From an uncultured virus (IMG/VR IMGVR_UViG_3300025626_000016) (taxonomy: Duplodnaviria > Heunggongvirae > Uroviricota > Caudoviricetes): a stretch of 64,000 nt of DNA. The number at the start of each line of letters is the position of its first letter. Position 1 is the first letter of the stretch. Of this stretch, positions 38,673-48,972 are shown piece after piece. Below the pieces are notes generated by a model. It was given only the letters and a program-made list of their open reading frames with translations. It did not search any database and was not told the DNA's origin. The translations under genes were made by a program, and so were the position numbers. The DNA lies in the IMG/VR virus record IMGVR_UViG_3300025626_000016. One strand, given 5' to 3'.

Positions 38673-39389
38673 TTATTTATTCTTTTGTTGATACTTAATA
38701 TGTGAACTTGATAATTTACCAACCGTAGCTGGTGTCGGTGGCATTGGAGGTCCAGTAGGTCCAACTCCGGTTGGGTGTATATGTGCATTATAGTCATCTA
38801 ACCATGTTTGTAACCAATCTTGTAAAGATTGACCCCTTACTGCTGGTTCTGTCTCATCTGCACCAGGTTCACCTTCATTTGAAACAAATATATCACCACA
38901 ATCTAAAAACATTTTTGCGTCTGTACTTATCTTAATAAAACCTTCCTCGTCGATTTGTATCATAGGTCTTTCTTTAGCGCCACTTCCTCGAGTAATAACT
39001 AAACCATCTTCGGGTGAATGATATATTCTAACATTTCTTTCCGCGTCATACACTAAACTAATTACATCGTGTGGTGCATCAGAAGCTTCTAAAACATCTG
39101 TCTTTAAATCAGTGTTTTGATCTATTTGAAACCAATACTCTGGATGATATATGTTACCATTATCAAATCTAACTGCAACAATATCTCCAACTCTCGGAAC
39201 AGCATGTGCCCCAACCTGATCTCTATTCATAGGAGTTGCCCATGGAATAGCGTCATCCGTTAGTTTATCAAATTTACCATAAACTTTTACACGACACCTA
39301 CCATTAAGTAAAGGATCTTCGTTTACTACAACTTCTCCTAACCAATGAGTTTCTCTTAGATTATCTTCAACTAATTCTTTATTATTCAT
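38673..39389 (-). CDS. Baseplate spike/hub protein (gp5/gpV OB-fold), no lysozyme domain
   Basis: WLGEVV.NEDPL..GRCRVKV.G, IPWA.P, VP.VGD.V.V.F..G; C-terminal HIH metal-binding tip motif. Confidence 0.85.
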   Translation of the reverse strand: MNNKELVEDNLRETHWLGEVVVNEDPLLNGRCRVKVYGKFDKLTDDAIPWATPMNRDQVGAHAVPRVGDIVAVRFDNGNIYHPEYWFQIDQNTDLKTDVLEASDAPHDVISLVYDAERNVRIYHSPEDGLVITRGSGAKERPMIQIDEEGFIKISTDAKMFLDCGDIFVSNEGEPGADETEPAVRGQSLQDWLQTWLDDYNAHIHPTGVGPTGPPMPPTPATVGKLSSSHIKYQQKNK

Positions 39390-39391
39390 AC

Positions 39392-40819
39392 TTATGAATG
39401 TACGTTCTCGTTAATGTTATCATCTGGGCTACTATCAACACCTGGTTCATGAATTCTTCCAGGTGTAATGTTTTGACTTTCTGGTTCTTGTGCAATAGGA
39501 TCATACACCTTTTGATTAATTGGCAAATCAGGAGAACTATCAATTCCTGGATCGTATACACCGACAGGTGTAATATTTCCATTATCTGGAATGTTAGTAT
39601 TATTTTGATTTAATTGTCCAGCTAAATTTAAAATAGCGTTTACACTTCCAGCTTCTAGTGCACTATTAATATCACTTAAACTTCCTAAGAAGCCTGTACT
39701 CCCATGCACATTATCCAATAATAATCCCTTTACAGCATCCATACCTCTATTTGCTAAAGTAGCCGCGGCTCCCGTTAAACCCTCTGGATAAACTCTACCT
39801 AAAGGATTATTACCAAATCCTGGTAAACTATTTTTTAAATTATTAAATCTATTCACTAAACCACTTGCAAGTCCATTAACTTTATCACTTATTGCATTTT
39901 GTGCAATTGCTAGCGGATTGAATGGTTGATTAGGATATAATCCATCATCTGGCTTTCCAGCTGGAAATAATGGACTTTGTTCCTCAGTAACTATATTTTC
40001 ACCAAACTTAGAACCAGATATAAAACCAGTTTGCCATATAAAAGATACTTTTGGTTTTTTACGTTCTGGATTTTTAGATTGATCCGCAAACACCCCAGCA
40101 ATTGTGTCTATTTCCCATTCACAGAAACCCAACTCAAACATAACATGTGGTTTTGCATCAGCGGTATATTGTTTAACTAGTGGTGTGTCAAATGTGCCAG
40201 CATTTCTTCCGGCGGCTGTTTCATATCCTTTTGCTTTAGGTATAAGATTGACGGAAGAGCCTGATTCGTTTCCAGGCATTTCAGCACCATATAAATTTAA
40301 ATCTCTCGCAACAGTATTTTGTTGAAATGTTCTAACTTCTGAAAGTACAGTCCAAACTCTGAAGTGTCTTAAGTTTTTTGGTAATATTTCTACATATCTT
40401 CTAAAATCATAACATGCGTTCTTATATAAAGTCATCAATGCGACTGCAGTTAACTCTACGTTTTCTTCTAGACATTCTATCTCTATCTTTGGTCGTTCTT
40501 GTCCTCTGTATGGCTCGTCCATTTTACCGTAAGTTTCTACTAACTCCAAGCCCGTAACACTTTGCCAAAACCATGGCATTTCTTTATTGATTTTAAAAAG
40601 CACCTTTCTAAAATTAGCTAATTTTTTGGCATACGTTGTACCCATATTAGCATCTACCATTTTTTCTAGATACTCTTCCGCTGGACCTGCTAACAAAGGA
40701 GAATGCTCTCTATCTACACCGTCAAACATGAAGAAAAAACTAAGATAAGTTGGATCTTCACTGATCTTACTTAAAATAGAACCTTTTCTAAACTCGTTAA
40801 TATGTTTAAAGTCTGACAT
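39392..40819 (-). CDS. Hypothetical baseplate/tail-tube-like protein
   Basis: 475 aa within the baseplate cluster; GATAAATA motif 4 nt upstream of the ATG. Confidence 0.6.
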   Translation of the reverse strand: MSDFKHINEFRKGSILSKISEDPTYLSFFFMFDGVDREHSPLLAGPAEEYLEKMVDANMGTTYAKKLANFRKVLFKINKEMPWFWQSVTGLELVETYGKMDEPYRGQERPKIEIECLEENVELTAVALMTLYKNACYDFRRYVEILPKNLRHFRVWTVLSEVRTFQQNTVARDLNLYGAEMPGNESGSSVNLIPKAKGYETAAGRNAGTFDTPLVKQYTADAKPHVMFELGFCEWEIDTIAGVFADQSKNPERKKPKVSFIWQTGFISGSKFGENIVTEEQSPLFPAGKPDDGLYPNQPFNPLAIAQNAISDKVNGLASGLVNRFNNLKNSLPGFGNNPLGRVYPEGLTGAAATLANRGMDAVKGLLLDNVHGSTGFLGSLSDINSALEAGSVNAILNLAGQLNQNNTNIPDNGNITPVGVYDPGIDSSPDLPINQKVYDPIAQEPESQNITPGRIHEPGVDSSPDDNINENVHS

Positions 40820-40832
40820 ATATTATTTATCT

Positions 40833-42725
40833 TTATTTTTTTTGCATATTTTGGACGCTAGGGTCTTGTCCCGATGGGTCTAAAAATGATTTAGCTTCAT
40901 TTACAACTCCGCCTTCATCTAATATTGTACCTGTTCTAATTCTAGGATCACCACTGTATACTTCAGCTCCACTTGCATCAAATACAACTATTCTTAAGAA
41001 ATTACCTGTTATTAATATTTCATATTCTAATTCAACATCTGGAGTTGGTTCTGGAGTTGGTTCTGGAGTTGGTTCTGGAGTTGGTTCTGGAGTTGGTTCT
41101 GGAGTTGGTTCTGGAGTTGGTTCTGGTTCTGGTTCAGGACTATTTTCAGCCACATTATCTGCTTTTTCCTCGTCTGTTGCATCTTCAAGTCCAGGTGGAT
41201 TAATTAGATTTTCTGTTCTTGTTGGCCACTCTCTTCTAAGAAGTGTCATTGTTTGTTTTGTGACATCTCCTTCTACTTCATATATAATACTTTCAATTAT
41301 ATAATAACCTGATAAAAATGAATCTAAAGCTTGACTTGGGCTATTTTTACCAGCATCTGCTAAATCTTCGCTAGCCTCTTCTAATCCAAAAGGCTCATCT
41401 TTATCCATACCTAATTCTTTTTTATCACCTTTAATTCTTTCGTTTTGTTGAATAGCTTTAGGGTTAGTAATATACATTAAAACAGGAATCTTTTGATACT
41501 TATATAAAGATGGATTAAATGAATTTAAAGTAACTTCTAATTTCATTTTTTGTGTTTCAGCCTCATTTTGTGCATTGTGCAGTTGTGAAAATGCAGCATT
41601 AGGATGTACGTTACCTAATCCATCATCACCAGCTTCTTGTCTTCCAATATATTTGTACTTAATTTGATCAACATGTCTTGTATCGTTTCTATTGCCCTTT
41701 AATGGCTCTTCTAATTCTTTTAAATCATTTCCACCTAAAGGCTCTATTCTAAATTCTTGTTTTTTCTCACCATCATCACCGTTGTTATTATAAATAGTTA
41801 CCTCTCTAGCGTATCCGTTTTTTGCACTAATATTTGCAGAACTATTTAATATGTTAGATTTTTCTATAAACGAACTATTTCCCATAAACGCAATATGGTT
41901 TGTCAATAATAACGGCACTTCAATGTCGTTTCCTGTTTTGGCATTTTTTTCAGACTCAGTTGTAGATACCATTGATTCGGCAGCTGAAGCCAATGATTCA
42001 GCAAATTCTTCTATTGGTGGATTAGGTGAATTAAATAATGCATTTACATCTACATAATTCATATAATAATATGGATCTATCCAAAACTTTTGAAAAGATT
42101 CTTCACCCACATAACTTTCTTTAATTATCTTTTTTATAAAACTAAGGTATGGCTCAAATGCCATAATCCTAGATTGAACATCATCTGCTGCATCAATATT
42201 AGTTGCTAAACCTAATTCTAAGTCTCTAGCTACTTCTTCCAAATGAGTTAAAGAATCTGCACTTTCAAAATTTCTGCAATCTTCAGATTTTATTCTAGGA
42301 ATTTTACAAACTCCAAACATTTCAAATGTAGCAGTTCCAACATTTCCATCTTTTGGAGATTCACAGGATACGATATCGAAATCCATATGGATGGATTTAA
42401 ATGTTTCTTGATTTTTAGAATTTATAAGTATTGTAAAGAAATCACCATCTCTTGGATAACTACCAACTGCAAACTTTCCAGCTTCGTCGCTTAATTCAAT
42501 TTCACATTCTGGTAAATCACCTGATAAATTTAATTCAAAGCGCACAACATCGGTTGGCGCAAATTGATAACCATTAATAAGTATAAACGGCTTAAGAGTT
42601 GCAACCATAGTAGATTGTTTGTACTCTGCTTCATCTTTTTTTTCTTCAGCAAGTGCATCCATCTTAATCTCAGTTGGCCTAATTGCTGGCTCTACAACCG
42701 CTAATATATTGTTAGATAATTCCAT
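40833..42725 (-). CDS. Baseplate hub protein (gp27-like) with a PEPT linker and appended C-terminal domain
   Basis: FWIDPYYYMNYVDV and LSGYYIIESI.Y...Q.MTLLRREW hub-like motifs; lies between the LysM/gp53-like and spike genes. Confidence 0.6.
   Translation of the reverse strand: MELSNNILAVVEPAIRPTEIKMDALAEEKKDEAEYKQSTMVATLKPFILINGYQFAPTDVVRFELNLSGDLPECEIELSDEAGKFAVGSYPRDGDFFTILINSKNQETFKSIHMDFDIVSCESPKDGNVGTATFEMFGVCKIPRIKSEDCRNFESADSLTHLEEVARDLELGLATNIDAADDVQSRIMAFEPYLSFIKKIIKESYVGEESFQKFWIDPYYYMNYVDVNALFNSPNPPIEEFAESLASAAESMVSTTESEKNAKTGNDIEVPLLLTNHIAFMGNSSFIEKSNILNSSANISAKNGYAREVTIYNNNGDDGEKKQEFRIEPLGGNDLKELEEPLKGNRNDTRHVDQIKYKYIGRQEAGDDGLGNVHPNAAFSQLHNAQNEAETQKMKLEVTLNSFNPSLYKYQKIPVLMYITNPKAIQQNERIKGDKKELGMDKDEPFGLEEASEDLADAGKNSPSQALDSFLSGYYIIESIIYEVEGDVTKQTMTLLRREWPTRTENLINPPGLEDATDEEKADNVAENSPEPEPEPTPEPTPEPTPEPTPEPTPEPTPEPTPDVELEYEILITGNFLRIVVFDASGAEVYSGDPRIRTGTILDEGGVVNEAKSFLDPSGQDPSVQNMQKK
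41041..41135. repeat. 12-bp VNTR (ggagttggttct)n, about 7 copies, encoding (PEPT)n
   Basis: Directly visible tandem repeat. Confidence 0.95.
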
Positions 42726-42733
42726 ATTGTATG

Positions 42734-43618
42734 TTATTTAGAGCAAGGTGCGTCTGGGTTATTTGTTGGATTATTGTCAGCATTTCCAGGTGCAGTTCCG
42801 TCTGGTTCATTTCCTCCTAAGTTATCAGCCGTATCTGTTTTACCACCATTTTCTCCACTTCCAGTTCCACTTCCAGTTCCACTTCCATTCCCTGCTCCAC
42901 TTCCAGTTTGAACAACTCCACTATTACTTGATAAAAGATCTTCATATAAGCTTCCTGCTCCACCATTAAAACCTACTCCTGCTCCTGATCCACTTCCACC
43001 TGTTAACTGTGAATTATCATTTCTATCTATTATAAGCTCAGCTACATTTGATTCTTCGTCTGAAGAATTATCAAACTTATCCTGATTTCTAATATCAGAT
43101 AATATAGAATCAACCACATCATCGGTTTGTGGTCCCATACCGAATCTAATATTAGAACCGTCGAACTCGTAATTTTTTCGACCAACTGGAATAACATTAG
43201 GTGGCAATAAGTTTTCTTTATTATATTTCTTTTTAAGTGCCTTTAATCTTCTTTGATCAGTTTTACTTAATCTCTTAGTTTTTATAAATTGATTTTTAAT
43301 AGGATTGTCCTCGTACATTTGTGGTGATTCTAATCTAAAATAAGGAATAGTGTCCATAGGAATCCAAAGTTCTTCGCCTACATTAATAGAAAAAGGATCA
43401 GAGACTCCATTGAATTTTAATATAATGTCTAATCCCGAAGTGGTACCATAATGCTCGGTAGCAATTCTATCAGGTCTTACTAAATCATCATCCTTAACAA
43501 TGTGTTTAGCAACCATTACATAATCTTCGGGATTTAAACTTCCGAACAACATAGTAGGTTGAGCTAAAAATAATTTACCGTCTCCTACTTTTTTATTTAC
43601 AAATATTTTAAACTCCAT
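42734..43618 (-). CDS. gp53-like / LysM baseplate wedge protein with a Gly-rich tail
   Basis: RPDRIA..HYG.....DIILKFNG.SDPFS...GEELWIP. Confidence 0.75.
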   Translation of the reverse strand: MEFKIFVNKKVGDGKLFLAQPTMLFGSLNPEDYVMVAKHIVKDDDLVRPDRIATEHYGTTSGLDIILKFNGVSDPFSINVGEELWIPMDTIPYFRLESPQMYEDNPIKNQFIKTKRLSKTDQRRLKALKKKYNKENLLPPNVIPVGRKNYEFDGSNIRFGMGPQTDDVVDSILSDIRNQDKFDNSSDEESNVAELIIDRNDNSQLTGGSGSGAGVGFNGGAGSLYEDLLSSNSGVVQTGSGAGNGSGTGSGTGSGENGGKTDTADNLGGNEPDGTAPGNADNNPTNNPDAPCSK

Positions 43619-43632
43619 TTTAATAGTTTATT

Positions 43633-45477
43633 TTAACCAGCAGCCATATCAGATATTCTACTCATATATGGTTTATTAGCAAGATTTCCTTTACCAGATT
43701 TATCTCCATATGCATCTACATTTAACATAGCGTTTATGTCTATTCCTTCGCCTTCACCCCATTCTGGTTGTAAATACATTCTACCTCGACCAGCATTAAA
43801 CATAGATTCAATATCTGTTTTATCTCTTGGTCTTCCAGGTTTTAGACTAACTTCAACTTTCATTTTAGTAGGAAATCCCTCAAAACCAAGTGGTCCTTCA
43901 AATGAAAAATTAGTATCTTCTAAACATAAGTTTCCACATACCATTATAGGATTCATTGGATTACCTATAGTCACGTGCCAGTTCCCAGTTGGATCACCCG
44001 TTAAGAATGCTTTAATTACATCACCACCACTAGGTCCTCCCATCAATTTCATTAAACCTCCACCTACAATATTTTCAAGAATAGAAGAATCACCTAGGAT
44101 TTTATTAATACCCTCTCCATTAGCAACGTTAGATGCTGTTTTCTTTAATTGATCCATGAAGTTTCCACCCATACCTGCAAGCGTGTCAGCAATAGAGCCT
44201 AAATAACCTGCATAATCACCTTTCTCTAATAAAGCTGTATTACCGAATGGCTTACCAGTATTTCCGGTTCCTGAGAATCTAGTAGCTCCTCCCCAAAAGG
44301 GTGCGTTACTATATGTAAGTGCCAATACATTGGCTAATGTATCCATAAACGCTACTTTTGGACTAGTACCTGGATATGCCTTTAAGTCATAATGAAAAGA
44401 TAATTTAAATTCTTGTTCAAATTTAAGCCCCTTTTCTCTAGCTAAAACTTTATCTATAATATTAAGAGGTCCAAACACTTTGTTTGGATATGTTTCTTTA
44501 GTATGATCTACGTTACCTGCGTTTCTAAGTTTTTTGGCTTGAACCGATGTAAAACCATTTAAACCAGATTCAATTGCTGCACCATATTTACTATTATCAA
44601 TCATACTTCCAGCCGCACCTCTATCAGCTTGTCTTGATTGTGCATCTTGTATTTCTGATTTAGCTTCTTTCCATTGATATCCAGTTGTAAATTTTAATAT
44701 TTCTTTTAAATCATTACCTAAACCTGGAGATAACCACGTTACAGCTCTTGCCAAATCAGGTGCAGAAGAATCTACCTTTTTAGCTTTAGTTCCTGCAGTT
44801 TTAGGACTTAATAAGTCATCACCCACAGGATATGCAAATCTCCTAAGTGTAACCAAATAATCATTAGATATTTGGCCGTAATGCTCCATTTGAATAAAAT
44901 CACTATAACTGTAAGAGAAGCATGCACCACCAACAGATTGCGAGTACTCTACTATATTTCGTGCCGTTGGATTTTTTTGTAAGTTTTCGGCTAATGCCGC
45001 AGTTACTGGTTTATTATATGTTTTTCCATTATATTCTGTACCGGAATCTTCTGAAACTGTACCAGCCCTGTTTTGATATCTATGTAATGTCCAATTATTA
45101 AATAAACTTCGAGGTGCTTTTCCAAAAGTAACGGTTTCACCTTTGTCTTCATATGTGTCTCCTTTTTCACCGCTCACTACGGATTTTATAGGATACGCTC
45201 TAGAATCTACGCCCTTTTCAGGATACATTGAACTTGTACCCTGTGCTTCACCGAAAACACTTTCTTGATTTAATGTTGTTTTACCTGTTCCCTTCTGATC
45301 TGCCGCTGATGGTTTAGGAGAATCAAGAGCACCAGATTTTGGTGTTCTAGTTACAACTTCTCTTCCATTTACAGTGTCATCATAAAAATATTCAGTTACT
45401 TCTAAACCTGTAGTTTTATCAACAACATTTAAAACCTTCTTAAAAATAAAATTTGCATCGTTACCAATTCCAGACAT
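43633..45477 (-). CDS. Baseplate / tail-tube-initiator-like protein
   Basis: 614 aa; C-terminal WHVTIGNP.NPI..CGNL...FP..MKV.V.LKP.RPRD; baseplate context. Confidence 0.5.
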   Translation of the reverse strand: MSGIGNDANFIFKKVLNVVDKTTGLEVTEYFYDDTVNGREVVTRTPKSGALDSPKPSAADQKGTGKTTLNQESVFGEAQGTSSMYPEKGVDSRAYPIKSVVSGEKGDTYEDKGETVTFGKAPRSLFNNWTLHRYQNRAGTVSEDSGTEYNGKTYNKPVTAALAENLQKNPTARNIVEYSQSVGGACFSYSYSDFIQMEHYGQISNDYLVTLRRFAYPVGDDLLSPKTAGTKAKKVDSSAPDLARAVTWLSPGLGNDLKEILKFTTGYQWKEAKSEIQDAQSRQADRGAAGSMIDNSKYGAAIESGLNGFTSVQAKKLRNAGNVDHTKETYPNKVFGPLNIIDKVLAREKGLKFEQEFKLSFHYDLKAYPGTSPKVAFMDTLANVLALTYSNAPFWGGATRFSGTGNTGKPFGNTALLEKGDYAGYLGSIADTLAGMGGNFMDQLKKTASNVANGEGINKILGDSSILENIVGGGLMKLMGGPSGGDVIKAFLTGDPTGNWHVTIGNPMNPIMVCGNLCLEDTNFSFEGPLGFEGFPTKMKVEVSLKPGRPRDKTDIESMFNAGRGRMYLQPEWGEGEGIDINAMLNVDAYGDKSGKGNLANKPYMSRISDMAAG

Positions 45478-45531
45478 AAATATGAATTTCTTTTTTTATA
45501 TATATCTACTTATTGTAGTAGGATAATATAT

Positions 45532-46131
45532 TTATACCCATTCAACGTTGTCCATCTCATCGGTATCAGGTCTATATAGTAGATTATCAGACCATTTGTC
45601 ATCTTTAGGATATTTATCTCCTAGAAATTTTTGTAAAGATTTTACGTATTCACCCTTTGTGTGCCAGTAAAATTCACCATTTCTATATGAAGATCTATTT
45701 ACTAGCTCATACAACTCTTTCAGTTTCATCTCAACATGGAAGGTTTGTATTCTATTAAAAAGATTTTCTTGTTCAACCCGAGTTCTCGTACAGAATACAG
45801 AGTCAACCACAATCATATATTGTTTCCATTTAGCACCATTGAATATGTTATTCTCAATATCTGCAACTGTAGAATATAATCCTCTTTTTAAATTTATTTT
45901 AGTGTCCTTTCCCTCAAAGTTTTTAATAAATCGCCCACCAAAAAGATTCTTTTTTAAGAAATATACTGGATCATAGAACTTTTTAATTCTAAGTTGATAT
46001 TGAGGGTTTACGTCATCAAACTTTACATCATAAATTGTAGCCCTAACAGGAATTAATAAGTTAGGTTGTTGTGTAGTAGAAATAAGGGCATGAATTTGAT
46101 CACCCTTAGAAAAAAGTTTGTGTTTAATCAT
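45532..46131 (-). CDS. Hypothetical protein
   Basis: 199 aa ORF on the coding strand. Confidence 0.75.
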   Translation of the reverse strand: MIKHKLFSKGDQIHALISTTQQPNLLIPVRATIYDVKFDDVNPQYQLRIKKFYDPVYFLKKNLFGGRFIKNFEGKDTKINLKRGLYSTVADIENNIFNGAKWKQYMIVVDSVFCTRTRVEQENLFNRIQTFHVEMKLKELYELVNRSSYRNGEFYWHTKGEYVKSLQKFLGDKYPKDDKWSDNLLYRPDTDEMDNVEWV

Positions 46132-46537
46132 TGTTATCTATGAATCGAACATTGTCAAATTTACTTAAGACGCCTGTTTTTGGAAAGTCGCATCTATTAA
46201 CCACAAGTAAATCTAATTCACAATCTTCTTCAACCATAGAGTTAATAAAGTCTCTGAAACCATTAACGGTATCTGCACTTAAGGATTTAAACATATAAAG
46301 AATTTTAACATCATCGCGTTCATCTTTTGCATCTAAATCCCATAAAACCTTTTGAATACTTTTTCTAATGTATATAGAAATAATAACATTAGAAGGTTCG
46401 GCGTTATTAGGATCACTTTTAATCAAACGATTAAATATATCATAATAAGATACAGACAAATCATAGTCACCTTTTTTAGACAACTTATCAAACTCTGTCC
46501 TTGTTTTACACCAAACTCCTTCTATTTTTACATTCAT
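46124..46537 (-). CDS. Hypothetical protein
   Basis: 137 aa, overlaps neighbours. Confidence 0.75.
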   Translation of the reverse strand: MNVKIEGVWCKTRTEFDKLSKKGDYDLSVSYYDIFNRLIKSDPNNAEPSNVIISIYIRKSIQKVLWDLDAKDERDDVKILYMFKSLSADTVNGFRDFINSMVEEDCELDLLVVNRCDFPKTGVLSKFDNVRFIDNND

Positions 46538-46860
46538 TATTTTAACATGGATCCAAGCCTTTTGATTTCTTTCTCTAAGATTTGGATTTTATTTTTAATT
46601 TCGCTGTCAGATGTACTTATGTGTTGTGCACCCCATCCAACATATATCTGAAGAAGATCATTATCTAATTCAGTTCCTACGTCCATTCCTAAATCAAATA
46701 TCAAGTCTTTTATAAACTTAACTTGATTTGATCTTTTCATTGGCCCTTCAAATTCATAAACTTGACGAGCCTCAAAGTCTTCTCCACCCCCATTGATGTT
46801 ATCATCAACTAGAGTTTTTATTACACCATTATCTGCGGGCTCAATACCAATACTTAACAT
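46537..46860 (-). CDS. Hypothetical protein
   Basis: 107 aa, coupled to neighbours. Confidence 0.75.
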   Translation of the reverse strand: MLSIGIEPADNGVIKTLVDDNINGGGEDFEARQVYEFEGPMKRSNQVKFIKDLIFDLGMDVGTELDNDLLQIYVGWGAQHISTSDSEIKNKIQILEKEIKRLGSMLK

Positions 46861-46863
46861 ATA

Positions 46864-47277
46864 TTATTGTTTTCTAGATGCTAAAGAATCTTTAGCTTTT
46901 TTTCTTAGTTCTTTTGCTTCTTTTTTATCATCCTTCCAAGTAGATTTATCTTTTGCAAAGTGAATAGCTGCAGCCTCTTCTAATAATTCAATTTCTTTAG
47001 AATTATATCCAATCTCATACCAAGTTTCTTTCATGCTTTCTAATTTAACCATGAAGTCAGCTTCTAATTGTTTATCTATAGCTTCTTTTCTTATAGATTG
47101 AATATTAATACCGTTTTTCATATTTTCAGCTCTAAAGTTTGCACGAATAGGATCTAAGAAATTCTTTTTACTAAGATACTTTAATACACCCTGTTGTTTT
47201 AATCTGTATCTACGTTCTCTGCGATTAGGAATCGCTTGAGTCTCTGTCTTTTGTGCTTGTGTTGTTTGTTCTTCCAT
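46864..47277 (-). CDS. Hypothetical basic helical protein
   Basis: 137 aa, NRRERR motif. Confidence 0.75.
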   Translation of the reverse strand: MEEQTTQAQKTETQAIPNRRERRYRLKQQGVLKYLSKKNFLDPIRANFRAENMKNGINIQSIRKEAIDKQLEADFMVKLESMKETWYEIGYNSKEIELLEEAAAIHFAKDKSTWKDDKKEAKELRKKAKDSLASRKQ

Positions 47278-47824
47278 TATAATAATTATTAATAAATGAT
47301 TCGATTTGTTCTTTTAATTGCTCTCTTAGGTTATCTATCTGATCTTCTACGAGCGCTTCAATTTGGCTGTTTAAGTCCTTTTTAGTAATGTCCATTTGAT
47401 CTTTAAGCAATGCATATATTTCTTTAGAAGGAATATTTATTTTAACAGGCATGGATGCCGTATTTTTTGCACTCATTTTTTTGAGCATCTCTTGCATCAC
47501 ATTAATCTCAGCTATTGGTTCAGCATCTCTTCTTGGTCTTACTGGCCTTGCAGCTTCAGGTTCAGCATCTCTTCTTGGCCTTACTGGTCTTGCAGATTCT
47601 GTGTTTTCAGATACAATTCCACCAAAATCTTTTGCTATTTGATGTGCTTGATCTATATCAGCGGCTGGAAGTAAAAATTCTGCAACAACATTCTTGTTAC
47701 ACCTAGTACCATCCGTAAATTCTAACCACTCTTTATCTGTTTGAATTTCAGATATTTCTACAACTTCACCCGATCTTTCTGATTTAACCCAAACATAAAA
47801 TTGATTCGTTTCTTTTTTGCTCAT
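47225..47824 (-). CDS. Hypothetical protein with a duplicated ARPVRPRRDAEP motif
   Basis: Likely start at 47824 (MSKKETNQF); internal duplication near 47517-47593. Confidence 0.75.
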   Translation of the reverse strand: MSKKETNQFYVWVKSERSGEVVEISEIQTDKEWLEFTDGTRCNKNVVAEFLLPAADIDQAHQIAKDFGGIVSENTESARPVRPRRDAEPEAARPVRPRRDAEPIAEINVMQEMLKKMSAKNTASMPVKINIPSKEIYALLKDQMDITKKDLNSQIEALVEDQIDNLREQLKEQIESFINNYYNGRTNNTSTKDRDSSDS

Positions 47825-47828
47825 GATT

Positions 47829-48059
47829 TTATTTATTAATATCTGTATCCATTTCATTTTTTACAAATATTTGTTTGTATTCATTATATGCGAAATCTGT
47901 AAAAGGTTTAATAAACGCATGTGATTCATTTGATCCAATAGTGGCGTCAGACTTTTGAAATCGTCTTAGCCAATGTTTACCAAATTCTATTTCACCTAAA
48001 TTTTCTAATTGTTCTTTGAGTCTATCTACCTCTGGTAAGTTTAGTTTATTAAATCCCAT
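47829..48059 (-). CDS. Hypothetical protein
   Basis: 76 aa ORF on the coding strand. Confidence 0.7.
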   Translation of the reverse strand: MGFNKLNLPEVDRLKEQLENLGEIEFGKHWLRRFQKSDATIGSNESHAFIKPFTDFAYNEYKQIFVKNEMDTDINK

Positions 48060-48070
48060 GTTATTTTATT

Positions 48071-48961
48071 TTAGTTACCTCTTCTGTTGTTAGACCCGCT
48101 GCTTCTAGTTGTTGATCTAGAATTATTTGTAGGTCGTGTACTGTTGTTATATACAGGCCTTGTGTTATTGTTTCTAATTACAGGCCTTGTATTATTGTTT
48201 CTAATAACTGGCACTCTCGGCTTCTCTCTAATAACTGGCACTCTCGGTTTCTCTCTAATAACTCTAGGCTTAGTATTATTAACCGGGGTATTTTGATTCA
48301 GATACACTCTAGGTTTTGTATTAGTTCTAGTGTTATTAGTATTGGTTCTAGTTGTTCTAACTCTTCTATTACTAACTACTTCATTACTAATTGAACCTCT
48401 TCTACCATTAACATTTACAGTATTTGATCTATATCTGTTTTGCCATGCATAGTTATTCATTTGGTTTCTCCAACCCCAGTTATTGTAATATCCATTCCAA
48501 CCGTAATAGTTATTCCATCCATAACCATATCCATAACCCCAGTACACATTGCCCATCCAGTTATTATATCCCCATCTATCATATCCAAATGGTGACCATC
48601 TATGTGGTGTGAAACCCCATGCCCAGTCATTCCACATTCGATCTCTATCCCAGTAATTGTAATAGCTATAACCCCAGTTATTTCTATTCCAGTTATATCT
48701 AGTACCTAATAGACGATTGTTCCAATCAAATGATCTAGGTTGGCTTAATGCGTATCGAGCAAAATCCAATCTAAAATTAAAATCTGTTCTTAATCTATTT
48801 CTAAATTGAAATTCACTTAAAGTATCAATCTTCACATCGTCTGCTACCACTATATAATTTTCATCATCATATATTGGATCGTGATTAAGCGTAGATAATT
48901 GCCAACTAGCTCCACAAGATGATAACATAATTAACGAGATAATTGCAAATAGTTTTTTCAT
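48071..48961 (-). CDS. Lipoprotein with a W/Y/G/N-rich low-complexity region and basic disordered tail
   Basis: Signal peptide II MKKLFAIISLIMLSS-C; aromatic/Gly/Asn-rich middle; REKPRVPVI and RNNNTRPV repeats. Confidence 0.8.
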   Translation of the reverse strand: MKKLFAIISLIMLSSCGASWQLSTLNHDPIYDDENYIVVADDVKIDTLSEFQFRNRLRTDFNFRLDFARYALSQPRSFDWNNRLLGTRYNWNRNNWGYSYYNYWDRDRMWNDWAWGFTPHRWSPFGYDRWGYNNWMGNVYWGYGYGYGWNNYYGWNGYYNNWGWRNQMNNYAWQNRYRSNTVNVNGRRGSISNEVVSNRRVRTTRTNTNNTRTNTKPRVYLNQNTPVNNTKPRVIREKPRVPVIREKPRVPVIRNNNTRPVIRNNNTRPVYNNSTRPTNNSRSTTRSSGSNNRRGN

Positions 48962-48972
48962 AATAATAGATT

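Noticed and set aside
40780..40819. MSDFKHINEF as another capsid-targeting peptide
   Set aside because: The resemblance is weak, the gene lies in the baseplate cluster, and it lacks the Glu-linker architecture.
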